DNA of 53,376 nt from Chromera velia (Eukaryota). Below are positions 1 through 13,544 of this stretch, piece by piece. The notes under the pieces were generated by a model. The model searched no databases, was not told the DNA's origin, and was given only the letters and a program-made list of their open reading frames with translations. Made by a program: the position numbers and the translations under genes. Position 1 is the stretch's first letter. Each line of letters starts with the position of its first letter. The stretch covers positions 1-53,376 of the forward strand of contig JAHBMJ010000231.1 in the NCBI GenBank assembly GCA_018398765.1, in the 5' to 3' direction.

Positions 1-5
1 AGAGA

Positions 6-36
<31 letters not shown>

Positions 37-1622
37 AAAAAAGAAAGAAAGAAAGACGCTCCACTTCCCTTCCTCTATACAATCGCTCACCCTTCGACAA
101 TACGTTACTGTGTCAAACAAATTCTAATTCTTCCTGACTGGTGTGATTTTGTTCTTTCTTTTCTTTCTTTCTTTCTTTCGCTTTTTTTCAGCCCTTGTTT
201 CCCACCTTTCTTCACTTTCTTTCGTGTCTCGGTCCCTTCCGACACCCCTTTTTCCTTTTCTCTCGGACCATCTGTCTGCCTGTCGATCTCTCTCTCGCCT
301 ACCCATGCGAGGCGACCATTGTCAAACCTGCAGTAGAGAAGACTGGGGGGCGGAAGAAACTCTGCAGTTAAAGCTGCTCATGCCTTAACAGATTTACCAC
401 ATCCATGCACCCATCTATCTGCCTGTCCATCCATCCATCCATCCATCCATCCATCCATCCGACTGATCGATCCAGCTCTTGGGTTGGGTTCATCATCTAT
501 CCCCCCAAGCTTTCCTCCCTGCACACACAGCCATCGTCTGTTCTGTCTGTCTGCTCTCAATCAATCCCTTCCTCAAGCGCCTTCAGGAAGGAATCGAGAC
601 CCCCCTACGCCTGCCTACCTACTACCCACCGACGGACAGAATCAAGCACCACCCACCCACCCATCCAAAAACTTTCCGCATCGGTCCCTCTCTGTCCCTC
701 GGCCCCATTCCTTCCTTAATTGTTGCCTTTCTCACACCGCAAGCTGCACCCAGCCAAGCAAAGCAACTTTTACGAAAGCAAGCAAGAAGGAAAGAAAGAA
801 AGAAAGTTGGAAAAAGAGAGAAAGACCAAGGAAGAAGGCAAGAATTTCTTTGTGCGCCAACGATCGATCGATCGAGCGAGCGTCTATCGATCTTTCTTTC
901 TTGCCCTGCAGGCGATTTTCCTTCCTTGAATCCATCATTTCGTCAGCTTACTGTCAATTCAATCCAATCATTCAGGAGGAGGGGAGGGAAGCAATGGAGG
1001 GAGGGAGGGAGGAAAGACAGGCACACACAGCGGCCCTTCAAAGGACCCGAAACAAGGCGATTGATTCTTTTCTTTCTCCCAGACTCAAGCAACGCGTCTT
1101 CCCCTCTCTTCCCAAACAACAGGGAAGGAAGAAAGAATGTCTGTCTGTCTGTATGTCTGTTGGTTGCTCCCCCGCATCACCCCTCGACAAATCATTGTCT
1201 CAGGCATGTGGCGTTTTCCTGAAAGCCTTATCTATCTCCGTCTCTCTTTTTTTTGTTTTACTTCGAAAAAAGAAACAAGTCAGGATAAATCATGCCGTCT
1301 TCAGCAGTAGAAAGGAAGGACCTTGTCTGCTCACTTCAAAAGTGAGGCCACCAAGCAGATCCACTGGTAAACAAACAAACAAACAACAATACACACAATC
1401 CTGTGCACAGGCAGACCAACAAAAGGAAGGAAGGAAGAGGGCGACGGAGGCAAACCACCCCCTCTCTCCATTCCCCTCGAACATCGACAGATCCATCCAT
1501 CCATCCATCCATCGTTCCATCCATATGGGAAGCGAAGGTGAAGAGAAAGGAGGAAAGAAAGGAGCACAACAAAAATTGAAGTCACCGTCGACACAGGATG
1601 AATCATGTAGCGGAAGAGAGAG

Positions 1623-1667
<45 letters not shown>

Positions 1668-2500
1668 ATCGACAGAGGGGGAATGCAGAGAGAGACGAGA
1701 AAAGAAGAACCAGATTAACATGATTGATCGATCATTCTGTCTCACGGAAGCACCCGCGAAGCAACACACAAGAAGGGCAAAAGGCATGGACTTAGATGGA
1801 TGGTCAATGATTATCAGCTAGAAGGACCAACAAACAAACAACACTCCAAAAGGCTGGCCGGCACGTTTTTGATTGATGCTTTCTTCCTTTTCTCCTTCAT
1901 TCCTTCAAACACACTCAACGAACAAGAAAGAACAGAAAAGCACAACGCAATTTACGCCCTCACTCCATCACTCCCAGCATAAACATCCCACCCCAACCCC
2001 CCAAAACGCTGTGGCCTTCAGAGGAACATCATGCACATTCCCCCAACTCCACACACCTGCTTTCTTTGTACAAGCGCTCGAGAAATTCTTGCTTCCTGTC
2101 TTCACTATTTTTCACGTCTTTCTGGCGGTCTTTCCTTTTGTCTGTCTTTCCTTCCTTTCTTCTTCTCTGTTTTTCGTTTCACAGATTCCCCAGTGCTTTC
2201 CTTCGAAATATGCCCCCCCGCTTTCTCCCCTCCTTACCTTTTCACTCCCCTGTTTCCTTTCTTCGCTTTTACCATGCACAAGAAGCAGGCAACAACCGTA
2301 CCTAACGGACACTGCAGTCGAAAGCCATCTCCCTCTTTCTTTCTTTTCCTTTCACCCCACTCATTCAACCCCAAATTCTTTCAACGCTTCAGCGCAAGGC
2401 TCAACCATGAGGTTTCCACCTGCACCCCTCCAACGGCCACGAGGCACCAAGAAAGAAAGGGAGAACGACATACACACAGGCAGGCAGGCACGCAGTCGCT
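1..2500. repeat. Low-complexity, microsatellite-rich non-coding DNA (CAGA, CATC, GAAA, GA runs)
   Basis: (CAGA)n at 1-35, (CATC)n at about 428-460 and 1490-1525, (GA)n at about 1615-1665. ORFs here are translations of simple repeats. Confidence 0.75.
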
Positions 2501-2519
2501 CCCTCCCTTCCCCACACCC

Positions 2520-5413
2520 TCACAGAGTTCCCCTTGACCGTGGAAGCACCGGACTGGAAACGCCCCCCCCCACCCCAAGAGTACCAGAACCAGAAGGGGA
2601 AGACGAAGAGGAACTACCGCGAGTCCCACCGTCTTCCTCCCTCCCCATGCCCCCCCCCCTTCCACGAACCACCCCACCTTCTCCATGAAGCAACATCCTC
2701 TGTTGCCATCGAAAGTTCGGCGGACGACGCACAGCCGACCCAGAAGACCCCCCACCCGGCCCGCACCGCCGTCCCCTTCGCGGGGGCGGCGGCGAACAAA
2801 CACAGGGCCCTGTACCGCCAGTCACACACGGGCACCTCGTAAGTGACGGACTCCGTGCAGACGCCTCGGAGCGTGAACGGGAGCGCGAAAGTGATGCGCG
2901 TCTCCATACACGAACCCCCACTCCTCCACGCTGTGTCGCCCTCTCCACCACCATTTCTATCTCTCCGTCAGACTCCCCTGCGAAGGTCGACCCAGCCTCC
3001 GACACCCCGGGACCTACAAGAGAGACGGGGATGGAAGCACCCGCAGTCACAACTCTGCAGTTACTTCCAGAGCCTGTGTTACTGCAGGAGGGGGGGGATG
3101 CGCTTTCTCCAGCCCCCCCTTTCTGCTTCCCCCCCCACGACCCGTCCCCCTTCTTTCCCACCGTCGACGACCCCCCCTTTCCACCCACAGGGCCAGACCC
3201 AGAGGCATCCCAGCCTGCGCTGCTTTGATGGTGCATTGCCGCACGGTCGGACTCGTGCAGAAGATGTACCAGTGTCTGGGAGCAGGATGAGGAAGAAGAC
3301 GCGGCCGTAGACGGACCACGGACGTGCGATCTCCCAGAGCAACCTGTTCAGGAACGCCACAGGACAAGACGAGGGCAAGGGGAAACATAACACGATGCAA
3401 ACAAGCAATAATATTCCAAAAATCGTTGCCCTGATAGATCCACTTAAGGGAGTGGAGTTGTTTACGCGTCAAATAATATCAAGGCAACAACCAGCAATGT
3501 GGAAGACAAAAAGGAAATGACGGATGCAAAAAAAAAGAGAGCCCACGGACTGTCGAGCCTCTTTCCAATTCCCTTGTCCCCCGCATTCCTCTTCTTCCCA
3601 CACCCACACATACACCAACCGAACCTGTTGCAGAAGGACATCCCTCAGCAGATCCTCCTGGTGCCCCCCTCCCTCCTGCAGAAGAACGGGGACTTCCTGG
3701 TGCTTCAGGCTCACGATCATGGTGCTGCTGCCTTCCACGCGAGCTCTCGTGTCGCTTTTGTTCTTTCTGTTTGTCTTGCACACCCTCTCCCTCTCCCCCC
3801 GCTGTTCCCTTACTTTCCTTTTTTCCTGTCTGCTGACCAACGTGACTTTGGGGGACAGCAGAGGAGGAAGAAGGGTAACGATTTGAGGGAGAAGATACAG
3901 GAGGGGGTGTTTGACGCACGCGCCAAACGTGAGTCTCCATCTCACCATCCCTCTGCTGCTGCTGCTGAACGTGTGCTTCACTAATATCTCTTCCTCCGTG
4001 GGACGGATGGCCTTCTGTGACGGTTTCAGAGGGCGATCTCCGAAGCACCTGAGGCTGCCCGACCCCCCTCTCTCTTTCCCTGGCGTGTCCGTACACGCCA
4101 ATCGACCCCGCACGCCCTGGAGGCTGGATGACCTGGATGCACTGGGGTTGGCCTTGGGGCTGACGGCCACTACTGGAAACGGTACTGCTTGACACAGGGG
4201 TCGACTCTCTTCGTGGAGGGGCAAGGACAGACGGGAAAGAAGGATGATCCTCCCTTTCACATTCTCTCTCTGCTGGCGTTTCTTGAGAGGCTGGTTGACG
4301 CCACTTCAATGACCGCTCTGATGTCCCGAGACTGCTGCTTGACTGGGGCTGACGGTTTCTGTCATGGTCTCTGCGGACGATTTGCAGAGAGGGCTCGGCA
4401 CTTTCTCGGCGTGGGATTTCGCGTACCCCCACCCCTCCTGTTGCTGCTCCTCCTCCACATGCAGCGGCCCCCTCCGGAATACCTCTCAGCGCCTGCCGAA
4501 AGGGGCGAAACTGCAGGGCGACGCTCCCGATGCTACTGCTGCTACCACTGCCCCCCCTTGCTGGTTGACGGTCAAAAACCGCAGTCGATGAGGAAGAGGA
4601 TGAGCCCCCTCTGAGTGGAGGGCCCCGAGAAGGGGAGGAGGCAGTGGAAGGTGAACGGGAAGGAGGACTGGAGGCAGGCGGGGTGTGAGCAGGGGAAGAA
4701 TGAGTGGGTGAATAACGGGTTGCTGCTACTAGGGGACCAGCACCAGTCGCTCTGCTCCCGTGGAAGGAGGAGGAAGAAGAAACGGCCCGATCCCAAGAAC
4801 CCCGTAGGTCTGAAAGGGGTCTCTTGAAGGCTTTCTCACGCGGGGCTTTCGATACAGGCTGGCAGTAGTGACAGTGGTCACACAACCAACCTCGCGAACA
4901 CCCCTGCTTGCTGAAGAACCAGTAGCATCTTTTTCCTGAACAGTTCCCGGGCTTGTGACCCAATGACCCGATACTGCGCAATGCCTCCAGATGGGGTGAG
5001 TGCGTACAGAGGGATACCCGCTGCGTTTTGTCGTCAGAGTCGATGAGCTCTCGTTGACCTTTGCCATTCAAGACAGAAGTCAACGGGAGTGCAGCGGCAG
5101 ACTTGGAACGAGGGATGGCAGCCCGTTTTACTTCGCTCATCGGAAAGACTTCAAGAGTCAGAAAGGAGTTAATCACATTCAGCTTTGCATCTTTCAAAGG
5201 AATTGTTGCGATGTCCGGCAAGAGAGAACTTCTGTCAGCGAAGTGTCTGCTCCTTGGCCGGTCTGCCGGTGAAGAAAACCGGTGAAAAGATCTATGTTGA
5301 TGATGAGGTTGGTGGTGATGGTGGTGATGATGCTGGTAAGGAGGGTAATCAGAGAAGGAATCCCTCCAACCAGACGGTGGAAACCGCCGAGGTGGATCTC
5401 GTCGGGGTTTCAT
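2520..5413 (-). CDS. CCCH (C3H1) zinc-finger protein with KNTF-like N-terminal motif, 2 exons (5413-3625, 3343-2520), about 870 aa
   Basis: Motif LRSIGSLGHKPGNCSGKRCYWFFSKQGCSRGWLCDHCHYC contains C-x8-C-x5-C-x3-H. A phase-1 intron 3624-3344 (CAG|GTTCGG ... TGAACAG|GT) joins the 644-aa ORF in frame, without stops, to the 2520-3236 ORF. Exon 2 motif ESDGEIEM resembles ESDGEGEHEM in the paralog. Confidence 0.8.
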
Positions 5414-6257
5414 TTCGCGTGTCCTTTTCCTTTTTCACGGTCTGCTTGCCCTTTGTGTGAACAGACAAGACAGAAAGAAGGGAAAAAAGAACAAAATAGT
5501 TTCTTTTGGCTTAAGCCAGTAACTGGGTGCCCTTGTAATCGACTTGCCAGGATGATGAAGCGATGATGAAGAGCACACAGGTGCAGTCTCTGACAAGCTT
5601 TTGTGAAACGGATTTTGCAGAAACATGCAGAAACGACAGACTTCTCCAATTTAATTTTTTGGGGAACTTTGACACGCGTTCACTTCCCAGCTTCACAAAA
5701 ATTGCGCCATTCACGCACCTGATTTAAGGATCCGCTTCAGAAAAAAGGTCAGGCTGTCGGCCCAGCCGCAGGGACCCCGAAAGTCGAGTTGCGGCTATAC
5801 GGCCCCGGAAAGAAGTATATTTAACTTTAAATTAAGAGCCAACGAAATTATATAACCTGACTTTTAGCCATTTTTTCGCTTTCATAGCAGCTCTCCAGGA
5901 GATCGGATTGGGTGGCCTGCCGCCGATTTTTGGCGCGGCGACTGACGCACGCACGCTTACGCCGATCGAGCCGCAAAGCGGCCTGCGTCAAAATTGTGGC
6001 GCAGCGAGGAAAAATCATCGCGAATCAATCGATCCTTCTTTTCTTTTGCTTCTGGACACGCTGCCATTGCAGCTTCCCCTCATCTGTATGAACAAAGAGA
6101 AACCATCGCAAAGCATCTGAGACAGCTTGAGTGTGAGACAAGTGAGGTTTTGATAGCTTTTGGAGCCCGTTTAACCCAAAGATCTTCTGTGATCAAGCAA
6201 ACCAACCACCAAACAAAGTTGTGGAGAGACCACCAGCTGACTTCTTCCACTAAGACC
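5414..6257. promoter_or_regulatory. Probable bidirectional promoter and 5' UTRs between divergent paralogs
   Basis: Short interval between two divergent start codons, with an AT-rich core at about 5810-5880 (TATATTTAA, TTATATAA) flanked by CpG-rich sequence. Confidence 0.45.
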
Positions 6258-7439
6258 ATGTCCACGTGTCCTACAGCCTACAGTGACTCCGCAAGGAGTC
6301 CTGCTTTTCCCTTTCAGCCCCTCACTGGAGTTGCCGACGCCCCCATGCCCTATTTTCCCGGAGGGACAGAGCAGTCGACTATTCCCATGAAGGACAGGAA
6401 GGTTGTTACCAAGAATACTTTCATCACCATTGAGTTCCATCCTCAGGAGCAGCGCAGACAGACAGGAATTCAGCGTCTTCAGTCAGAGCCTGCAATGCCT
6501 GTTTCCTTCGGCGTTGGTGAGGATGGAAAGAAGGAGTTGATCGACGCCTCCTCCACAACTAACAACCAGCAGCAGGGGTCTGAGGAGACTTCCGACCCCG
6601 TGGGGAGCGCCTACCTTGCAGATCTCCGCAGCATCGGTTCCCTGCGTCACAAGCAGGGCTGCTGCCCCGAGAAGAGGTGCTACTGGCACTTCAGCAAGCA
6701 GGGTTGCTCTAGGGGGTGGTTCTGTGACCACTGTCACTACTGCAAGCCCGTCTCGAAGACTGCACACGACAAGGGGTTCAAGAAGGCAAAGGAGGCCGTC
6801 AAGGAGAAGCGCCGCCGTGAGCAGCTTCCCGCACCTGCCCGCCCTCCCTATCACTTCAACAACTCCCGTTACCCTCCCTTCCCTGCCGCCAACCGTTGGG
6901 GAGAGACCGCTCCCCACTTCAACAGGGGGGGCAACACTGCCTACGGGCACCTCCCCTTCGCCATGGCCCTCAACGACGTTCACAGGCAGAATGGGCTTTA
7001 CCCTCAGCAGCAGCAGCTTCGTCAGGCTCCTGCCAACTTCTCCGGTGTCCGGGTGCTTCCTCGTCCCGGGAAGCTCTCTGGAGAAATCGAGAGCGCTACC
7101 CCCACCCCCTCCCATGAAACCACCCCCTCCCCCGCGGGAATGAAGAAGACTCTTGTGACCCCCCGCAAGCTTTCCTCCTCCATGCAGAGGGGAGCTCTCC
7201 CTGTGTGCGTAGAGTCGGCTGCTGCCTCGACCCATGCGGAGTCTGATGGAGAGGGTGAGCACGAGATGGAGAGGTCCTGCAGGAGTGGGGGAGCAACCTT
7301 CCGCTCCCCTGCTCTCTCCGCGGCTCCAGGAGGCGTTTCCGCCTCTCCTTCTCCCTCCCTGCTCCCTGTTCCTGTTCCTGCTCCTCAGATGACTGCCTTC
7401 GACCGTCTTGTCAAGGGTCTGCAGATGGGAGGATTCTGA
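6258..7439 (+). CDS. CCCH (C3H1) zinc-finger protein with VTKNTFI motif, about 393 aa, paralog of the minus-strand gene
   Basis: First in-frame ATG at 6258 (ACCATG). Motifs TIPMKDRKVVTKNTFITIEF, RLQSEPA, ELIDAS and LRSIGSLRHKQGCCPEKRCYWHFSKQGCSRGWFCDHCHYCKPVSK align collinearly with the neighbour. Strong coding-like C/G third positions. Confidence 0.85.
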   Translation: MSTCPTAYSDSARSPAFPFQPLTGVADAPMPYFPGGTEQSTIPMKDRKVVTKNTFITIEFHPQEQRRQTGIQRLQSEPAMPVSFGVGEDGKKELIDASSTTNNQQQGSEETSDPVGSAYLADLRSIGSLRHKQGCCPEKRCYWHFSKQGCSRGWFCDHCHYCKPVSKTAHDKGFKKAKEAVKEKRRREQLPAPARPPYHFNNSRYPPFPAANRWGETAPHFNRGGNTAYGHLPFAMALNDVHRQNGLYPQQQQLRQAPANFSGVRVLPRPGKLSGEIESATPTPSHETTPSPAGMKKTLVTPRKLSSSMQRGALPVCVESAAASTHAESDGEGEHEMERSCRSGGATFRSPALSAAPGGVSASPSPSLLPVPVPAPQMTAFDRLVKGLQMGGF

Positions 7440-10400
7440 GGAACAAAACGCAGGGCGTGCGACAGAACTGATGACGGTACGTCAGCCTAGATTTTCACCT
7501 TCTGCGCTGTGTTTTCCTGTGTTTCGTTTCGCCTTTCTTTTTGCTCCTTTTTGTCAGAGAAAAAGCTGCTCTTCGTTTTACTTTTCTTTTTCAAAAAAGA
7601 AGCGGGCTGCTTTTGAGTCCATCTGATGTGACTTAGACGTCCAGCTTCCTGACTGCTATGTATTTGCAGGTAGAAGATGAACAGTGGGAGAGTGAGGGCA
7701 CTGAGGAACTTTTTGACCAACAAGAAGCTGACAAGCAGAGAATGATGCACGTCCTCGGTGTTTTGAAGCGTTTGGGGGCAGTCAGGAGAGATATTGAGGG
7801 GGGGAGAACGGGTTGCGTACCTCATTCCCTTCTTGTGTCCCTCTTTTTCTGTCTCCTCTCGTTCCGATCTGCCCCCGTCTCTCTGGTCTGCTTGTGTGAG
7901 TAAGCGCTCTTGACCTCTGTCGTCTCCCAATGGAGATGTCTGAGGGTAGCTGCGCCTCTGTTCCTCTGCTGAGGCACACACAGGCAGGTGGAGAGTTCAA
8001 AAGGGGGGTTCCCTTTCTTCTCCCTGGTTCATGCCTTCCGTCCCTGCCTTCCTAAGTGTCTTACGGAAGGTGATTCCTTTCTCTTTTCCTCCTATCTTTT
8101 CTTTCTCTTCTTCCTGTTGCGACAGGAGGGGAGAAGGGAATGATGACGGGGAGGAAGGAGAGGAAAATTGACCCCAGTGAACGATTGATTACTCGAAAGC
8201 ATGATCGAACTTCTTTCTTTCTTCTGTGAGATGATTGACCAACTAATTCGTGACTTGGTATTCAGTTTCGTTGTTTGAATGGCCTTCCATGTTCTTGCGC
8301 TTCTGTCTGTATGTGTCTTCTCCATTCCAACGCGAAGTGTGTGTGAGAGCTGCTCGAACTAAGTTACCCGTTTTGCTTCCTGTTTTTTCCCTCCACCCAA
8401 AAGAGCGAAACCGTTTCGAAGGATCATTTTGTCTCTTTCTCTAGTTGTTTCTTCTCTTTCTTCCCTTTCTTCTTTCTTTCTTGATGAATCGATAGATCTT
8501 TCTTTTCTGGTCAGCCATAAGAGGGGGGGGGTCATACAGGAATGACAGACAAATCGAAAGAAGAAAGAAAGAAAAGGGCTCTCTCTGAACACGCCAGCAG
8601 CAGATGGAGCAAGAGCACATTGTAATGACGATGGATGGAATACCTAGTTCAAGAGAATGGAAATGAATGAATGAACAAGTGAACCACGTGAAAACCATGT
8701 CCGGCCAGCCGCCTGGCCCCTTCCCTTTCTTCTTTCTCTCTCAATCCGTCCGTGTGGTTTGTGTGCGAGCATGCAAGCGGGTCGGTGACGCCAGTGCAGC
8801 TGGTTGTTCTCTGCCTGTGCGTGTGCACGGCGTAAGCCGAAGGCGTGTGTTTGTTTGAAGCGGAGGGAGAGAGGGGGTTGTAAAGGGAAGAAACTTCTTC
8901 CTGCATTCTTGTTTTGCTCTTCGTGGTTTTCAGGCCTCTCCGCCTGTCTGTCTCCTCCCCCTCTCTCTTCTGATTTGTGAAAACGTCTCTGGTCGTCTCT
9001 TCGTGAAAATGAATGAATTTATTCCTTTTTCTTTTCTCCTTCTTTCTCTGTCTTCCTGTCGGTTTTCTTCTCTTAGTAGGAACTTCATTTCTCTGTTTGG
9101 CATGGAAAAGGTCTTATCTACCATTGAGGACGAAAAAGTGAATTCGCGCATGAATGAGGGTGTAAGTTGGTATGAGTCTGTCTGACTCAAAGAGGCAGTC
9201 GGGCTTGTAGCTTCGTGAAGCGGCAACGCAGAAAGAAAGAATGGATGCAAAGAGTGCATCGTCAGTAAATGAATGAAAGAGTGAATGAATGAGTGCATGA
9301 CTGAAGGAAGGCAAAAAAGAAATGAACAAGAGGCCAGATGAGTGCTGTCTGAAAAAAAAATTAGAAAGGCAGAAGGTGACGACGGACAGAAAAAGCGAGA
9401 GGAAGAAGAAAGACGAGACGAGAATTAATGGAGTGGGAGTTGGGGGGCTGACAGATGATTTGCGGTTTCTTTCGCGCCGTTCTCCCCCTCGATGAGTGGG
9501 TGGGAGGGGGTATTGGAAGAATCTGGCAATAAAAGAGAACATAACATTATGTTAGCCCATCATCTTCCCATCTTTCGCGACACGCACAAAACAAAACAGG
9601 GGCGAGCCTACGAGTCGAGGAGAAAAGAGAGAGGGGGGGTGGATCGTTGGTGTATCCCCCACCCCTTGTCGGGTGTTTGTTTTTTTCCGATTCCGTCTCT
9701 TAATAATTCTATTCTTCTTTCTCTCCTTTTTTCATCCTTTTTCGATGAGAGAAGAGAGCCTCCTCTTCTGGCTTACCGACCGACCGATCCACACGCTCTT
9801 CTCTTTCTTGTGTTTGTTGTTTCCTTTTGTCCTCTCTGGGTAATGGCAGGGGAAGACAGAGAGAAAACGAAAACGGCGAGAAAGCCAAGTGGACGTCGTG
9901 GATGAGAGAAGGAAAGGGAAAGGAAGGGGAACAAAATCTTTCAACAAAATGAAAAAAGGAAGTTATCTGTCCGTCCGATCGTCCGTTTGCCTGTTCTTTC
10001 TACAGTGAGTTTCTTTCCCTCACCCCTCTCTCCCTTCCTTCCTCAAAGAAAACAGCGGGGAGGGAAGGGAAGCTGTTGACGGGACAGTCAAAACGTTTGA
10101 GGGAGGGAGTCTGGTCGTTTCTTTTATTTCCCACCCGAACTGAAGTGACGTCTTTTCAAGAATGCATGAAGGAAAGTAGATGTTTTGAGTCGATGCGCAT
10201 TTTTTTTTCTTTTCACTAGAACGAAAGAGAGTAAGAACGTTCCACCAAAAAAAAAAAAAATCAAGAACGAGAGGGGGCAAACCGAGAGGAAGGACTCAAG
10301 TGGCTAGCCACTGGTTGGCGAAAGTCCTTGTTGATCTTTTGTCTCTTGCAAGGCCTCTCTGCGTTTCTCTTCACTCATCCAGACAGACAGACAGACAGAT

Positions 10401-13400
10401 GGGCAGAGCTGTACGCATCTGTCAAAGCGTGCTGAGCAGCAACAGAAAGAAAGAAAGAAAGGTTGTGGCGACTCGCCAATGTTTGCATATATCGCATGAG
10501 TACCGCCTGCCTTCCTGCTTCAGAAAGAAGCCTGCCTGCTGGTGAGTCCACTCGTGACTGACTGACATGGCACCTCTCTCTCTCTCCTCCCTCCCTCTCT
10601 CTCCAGGCAGGTGGCATGAGTGGTTGTTGGTAAACCCATCGGAATTCTTGCTTTCTCTCTTTCTTCCTGTCTGTCTTTGCCCTTCGTCTGTCTGTGTCTA
10701 CCTATCTGATCTGTAAGTGATCAATTGGTTGAACCAATATTATTTCCTCATGTGTATCCGAATGAATTTAATTGAAATGAATGAATGAAGAGCTTGCCGT
10801 GACTGCATACGATTTCGACTTTCGTGGCCGTGCCGTGACGGTCTCGAACGTCAAATGAAATCAATCCAAAGACAGATCCATCGATGTTTCATCCTCCCTC
10901 TTCTTTTACTCTTTTCTTCGCTTCTGTCACTTTCTCTTCCTGCTCCAAAACCTTCTTGTCTTTTGCCTTGATTCATGCTCGAAGGCATTTACGTTTCCTC
11001 TTTCTTCCCCTCGCACCCTTTCTTTGCATCTTGGCCTGCCTTCGTCTGCCGCCTCTGCTGAAAGAGAGAAAGTGTATTACTAATAAGTAGCCAGAAAGCA
11101 CACATGAATGTGTGTGGGAGTGGAGTGAGGAATTGCTAGAGAAGGGGACAGCACGAGTTGAGGAGGAAAAGTCGAATGTGCTCGAATGCCCACGAGTGAG
11201 AGTGTACGTGTAGAAAAAGACCAACCAACTCCTGTCAGAAGAAAGAAACAACCAGAGCGCGCCTGGTTTAGGGTTTGGCCGAATGCGCGCGCGGCCGGCC
11301 CTGTCGTTGTGATGTGAAAATGAAAGTGATGACTAAAACTCCGGACTCGCTTCCCATCTCACTCCGCTCCCTTGTTGCGTTTGTTACCTGTGCCTCACCT
11401 CATCTTTCCCCTTTTCTCCCAAAGGGTTTTTGGCTTGCGATGCTGCAGTGGTATGTCTTGACCGATAGGTGGTTCTTTTCTTTCTGTGTCTTGCCTGAGT
11501 CTCTTTCTTCTTTCCTTCCTTCTCTACCGCCAGGAGGTCGGTGTACTGAGAGAAAGAAGGGAGCGAGGAGAGAGGAGTCATCTGATCAGAACGATTCATT
11601 TCATGCATCCATCCATCCATCCATAAAGTTTGACTGACAGCTTCGATTGCCATGATTTTGTTTGATTTTTTTTGTCACCTGTGATTTGAAAGAAGAGGAC
11701 ATGAAAAGGTTGTTGATAGTAGATCCAATTATGTTTTCTTTTCTTTTACGCGGTGCAACAGTTGGGGCGGAAAAAAGAAAAATCGAACGCGCCATAATTG
11801 TTCTGTGACGGGGGACCATGAACAAGCGAGCCGAACAAAGTCAAATGAAGCAAGTCGAGGGTACTCGAGAAACTTCCAGACTGACTGACAGTCCCTCTTG
11901 CGAATCGTTTAAAAAAGACAGACCTTCAGCTGAAACGGACAAACCAACAGAAGACGATGGGGAAAGGGATTTGCCAAAAAGAAGAAAACCGGTTTTTCCT
12001 TTTTTCTTTTCTTTTGTCACACCGCTTTCTTGCAAAGCGACCCCCCCTTTTTCGAGGGCATCCGTCGTCATCTGGAAGGATCACAACCCCCCTTTTTTTC
12101 TTCTCATGCGAACTTCTCTACCTGCATTTTCTTCAATTCTTCTTTGTGTCTTTCTTCTTCTCTCTCCGTCCGTCTGCCCCCCCTCCTGCCTGATCGGGGT
12201 GCGGCAGGGGGCAAGGAGGGGTGCTGTCCTCCTACGGGCTTTCTGGCAATCAATGTGCCGTTGGCCCTGTGTATATGTGTGCTACATGTACTTCTTTCTC
12301 TCTTTGTCTGTCTGTCTGTCCATGCATCCAGTTTGTGCCCAAACTACTTGCGTCTGTTCTCTTGCGAGACTCTCTCTATGTGACGACGTCTAGGATGACG
12401 TTTTTGATTCTCTTTCTTTTCTGATTCTGAAGGCAGATCACCCTCTTGTTGAACTGAATCGATCGTACGAGGGAAGCACCGCGGAATCATTTTCTTTTTG
12501 GGGGTTGGACGCCCAAAGTCCCCCCCGGACTTTTTTTCTTTTCACTGTGACAAGACGGTTCATGCACATGAATATAGAGAGACGAAGAGACCTTTTTCTC
12601 GTTCAGTCAGTATAGGGAAAGAAGGAGCGGCATCCGCATACGGCAATGATCTTTTGACCAGTAGACTACTCGAATGACGGCCAGTCTCCCGAAGAGAATT
12701 CAATGTGGCAATTTCTGGCAAAACAAAGGAAAGTTGAATGAACTTCAGAAAGGGGCGAATGATTGGCTCAGCCGTGACAGATTTCCCTGTCTTCGCGAAC
12801 AGTTCGTCTCTTTTTTGCGTGCTTTTTCCATACCACACATGTGTGAGTATGTATTGCAATGCATGATCGACTACTGAGACATTTGTTTTTTCTTTTCCTG
12901 CTCCGATTGCAGCGTGCTGAGACAGTTGTTTTTTCTTTTACTGTTTGCAATCATTCCTCTTCCACTTCGTGATTTTTTTGAACACACCAGTCAGCAAGTA
13001 GTATCAGATCTTGTTGGCAGGTCGTGTATGTTGACCTCGCAGGCAACTAGGCATGCAACTTCACATACTACAAAACAAACAGAACCCTAGACAGAACTTG
13101 TATGTATATTTATGTGTGTGCAACATTCATGGACTCTATGATAGATTATATCCAAACATAAATGTAATGCTAGATGTAATGTCAGATGCATCACGTATGC
13201 AATTTTGTTAAAAGTTACAAACTTATGAAGTTATGATACAACCTTTTTTGAAGTTATGCATTTTGCAGTAATTCAAAGTTGGGTTATACCTAGGAATCAT
13301 AGACTAGGATTGTGCATAACAGTGATGACGTACATTGAACTGATGATTGAATTTATTGAAATTATTTAATTTAATTTTTTTTTTCCCTTCAAAAAACTTA

Positions 13401-13544
13401 ATAGAAAACTGATTATATTGGCCTTAGTAGTGTCACTGTGTCAGGCTCACCAGCTTTAACCGCGGCTTAAACCACCTCAATTTATTAGAAAAAAATATCA
13501 CTTACTTCAATTAATATTAATTAAATTATACAAGTCAGCTCACG

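Noticed and set aside
124..2500. Long ORFs 484-1821 (+) and 1873-2688 (+)
   Set aside because: Translations of microsatellite and low-complexity DNA or antisense of a real exon, with no domain signal.
3479..3624. C-terminus of the 644-aa ORF as listed
   Set aside because: Better explained as intron read-through; splicing at 3624/3344 continues the frame.
5994..6257. N-terminal extension of the plus-strand CCCH gene given by the ORF track
   Set aside because: Starts at a non-ATG codon; the first ATG is at 6258.
8000..13050. Additional multi-exon gene (e.g. exon-like 9080-9161, 12610-12840)
   Set aside because: Isolated splice-like signals could not be chained into a consistent frame and no domain is recognisable.
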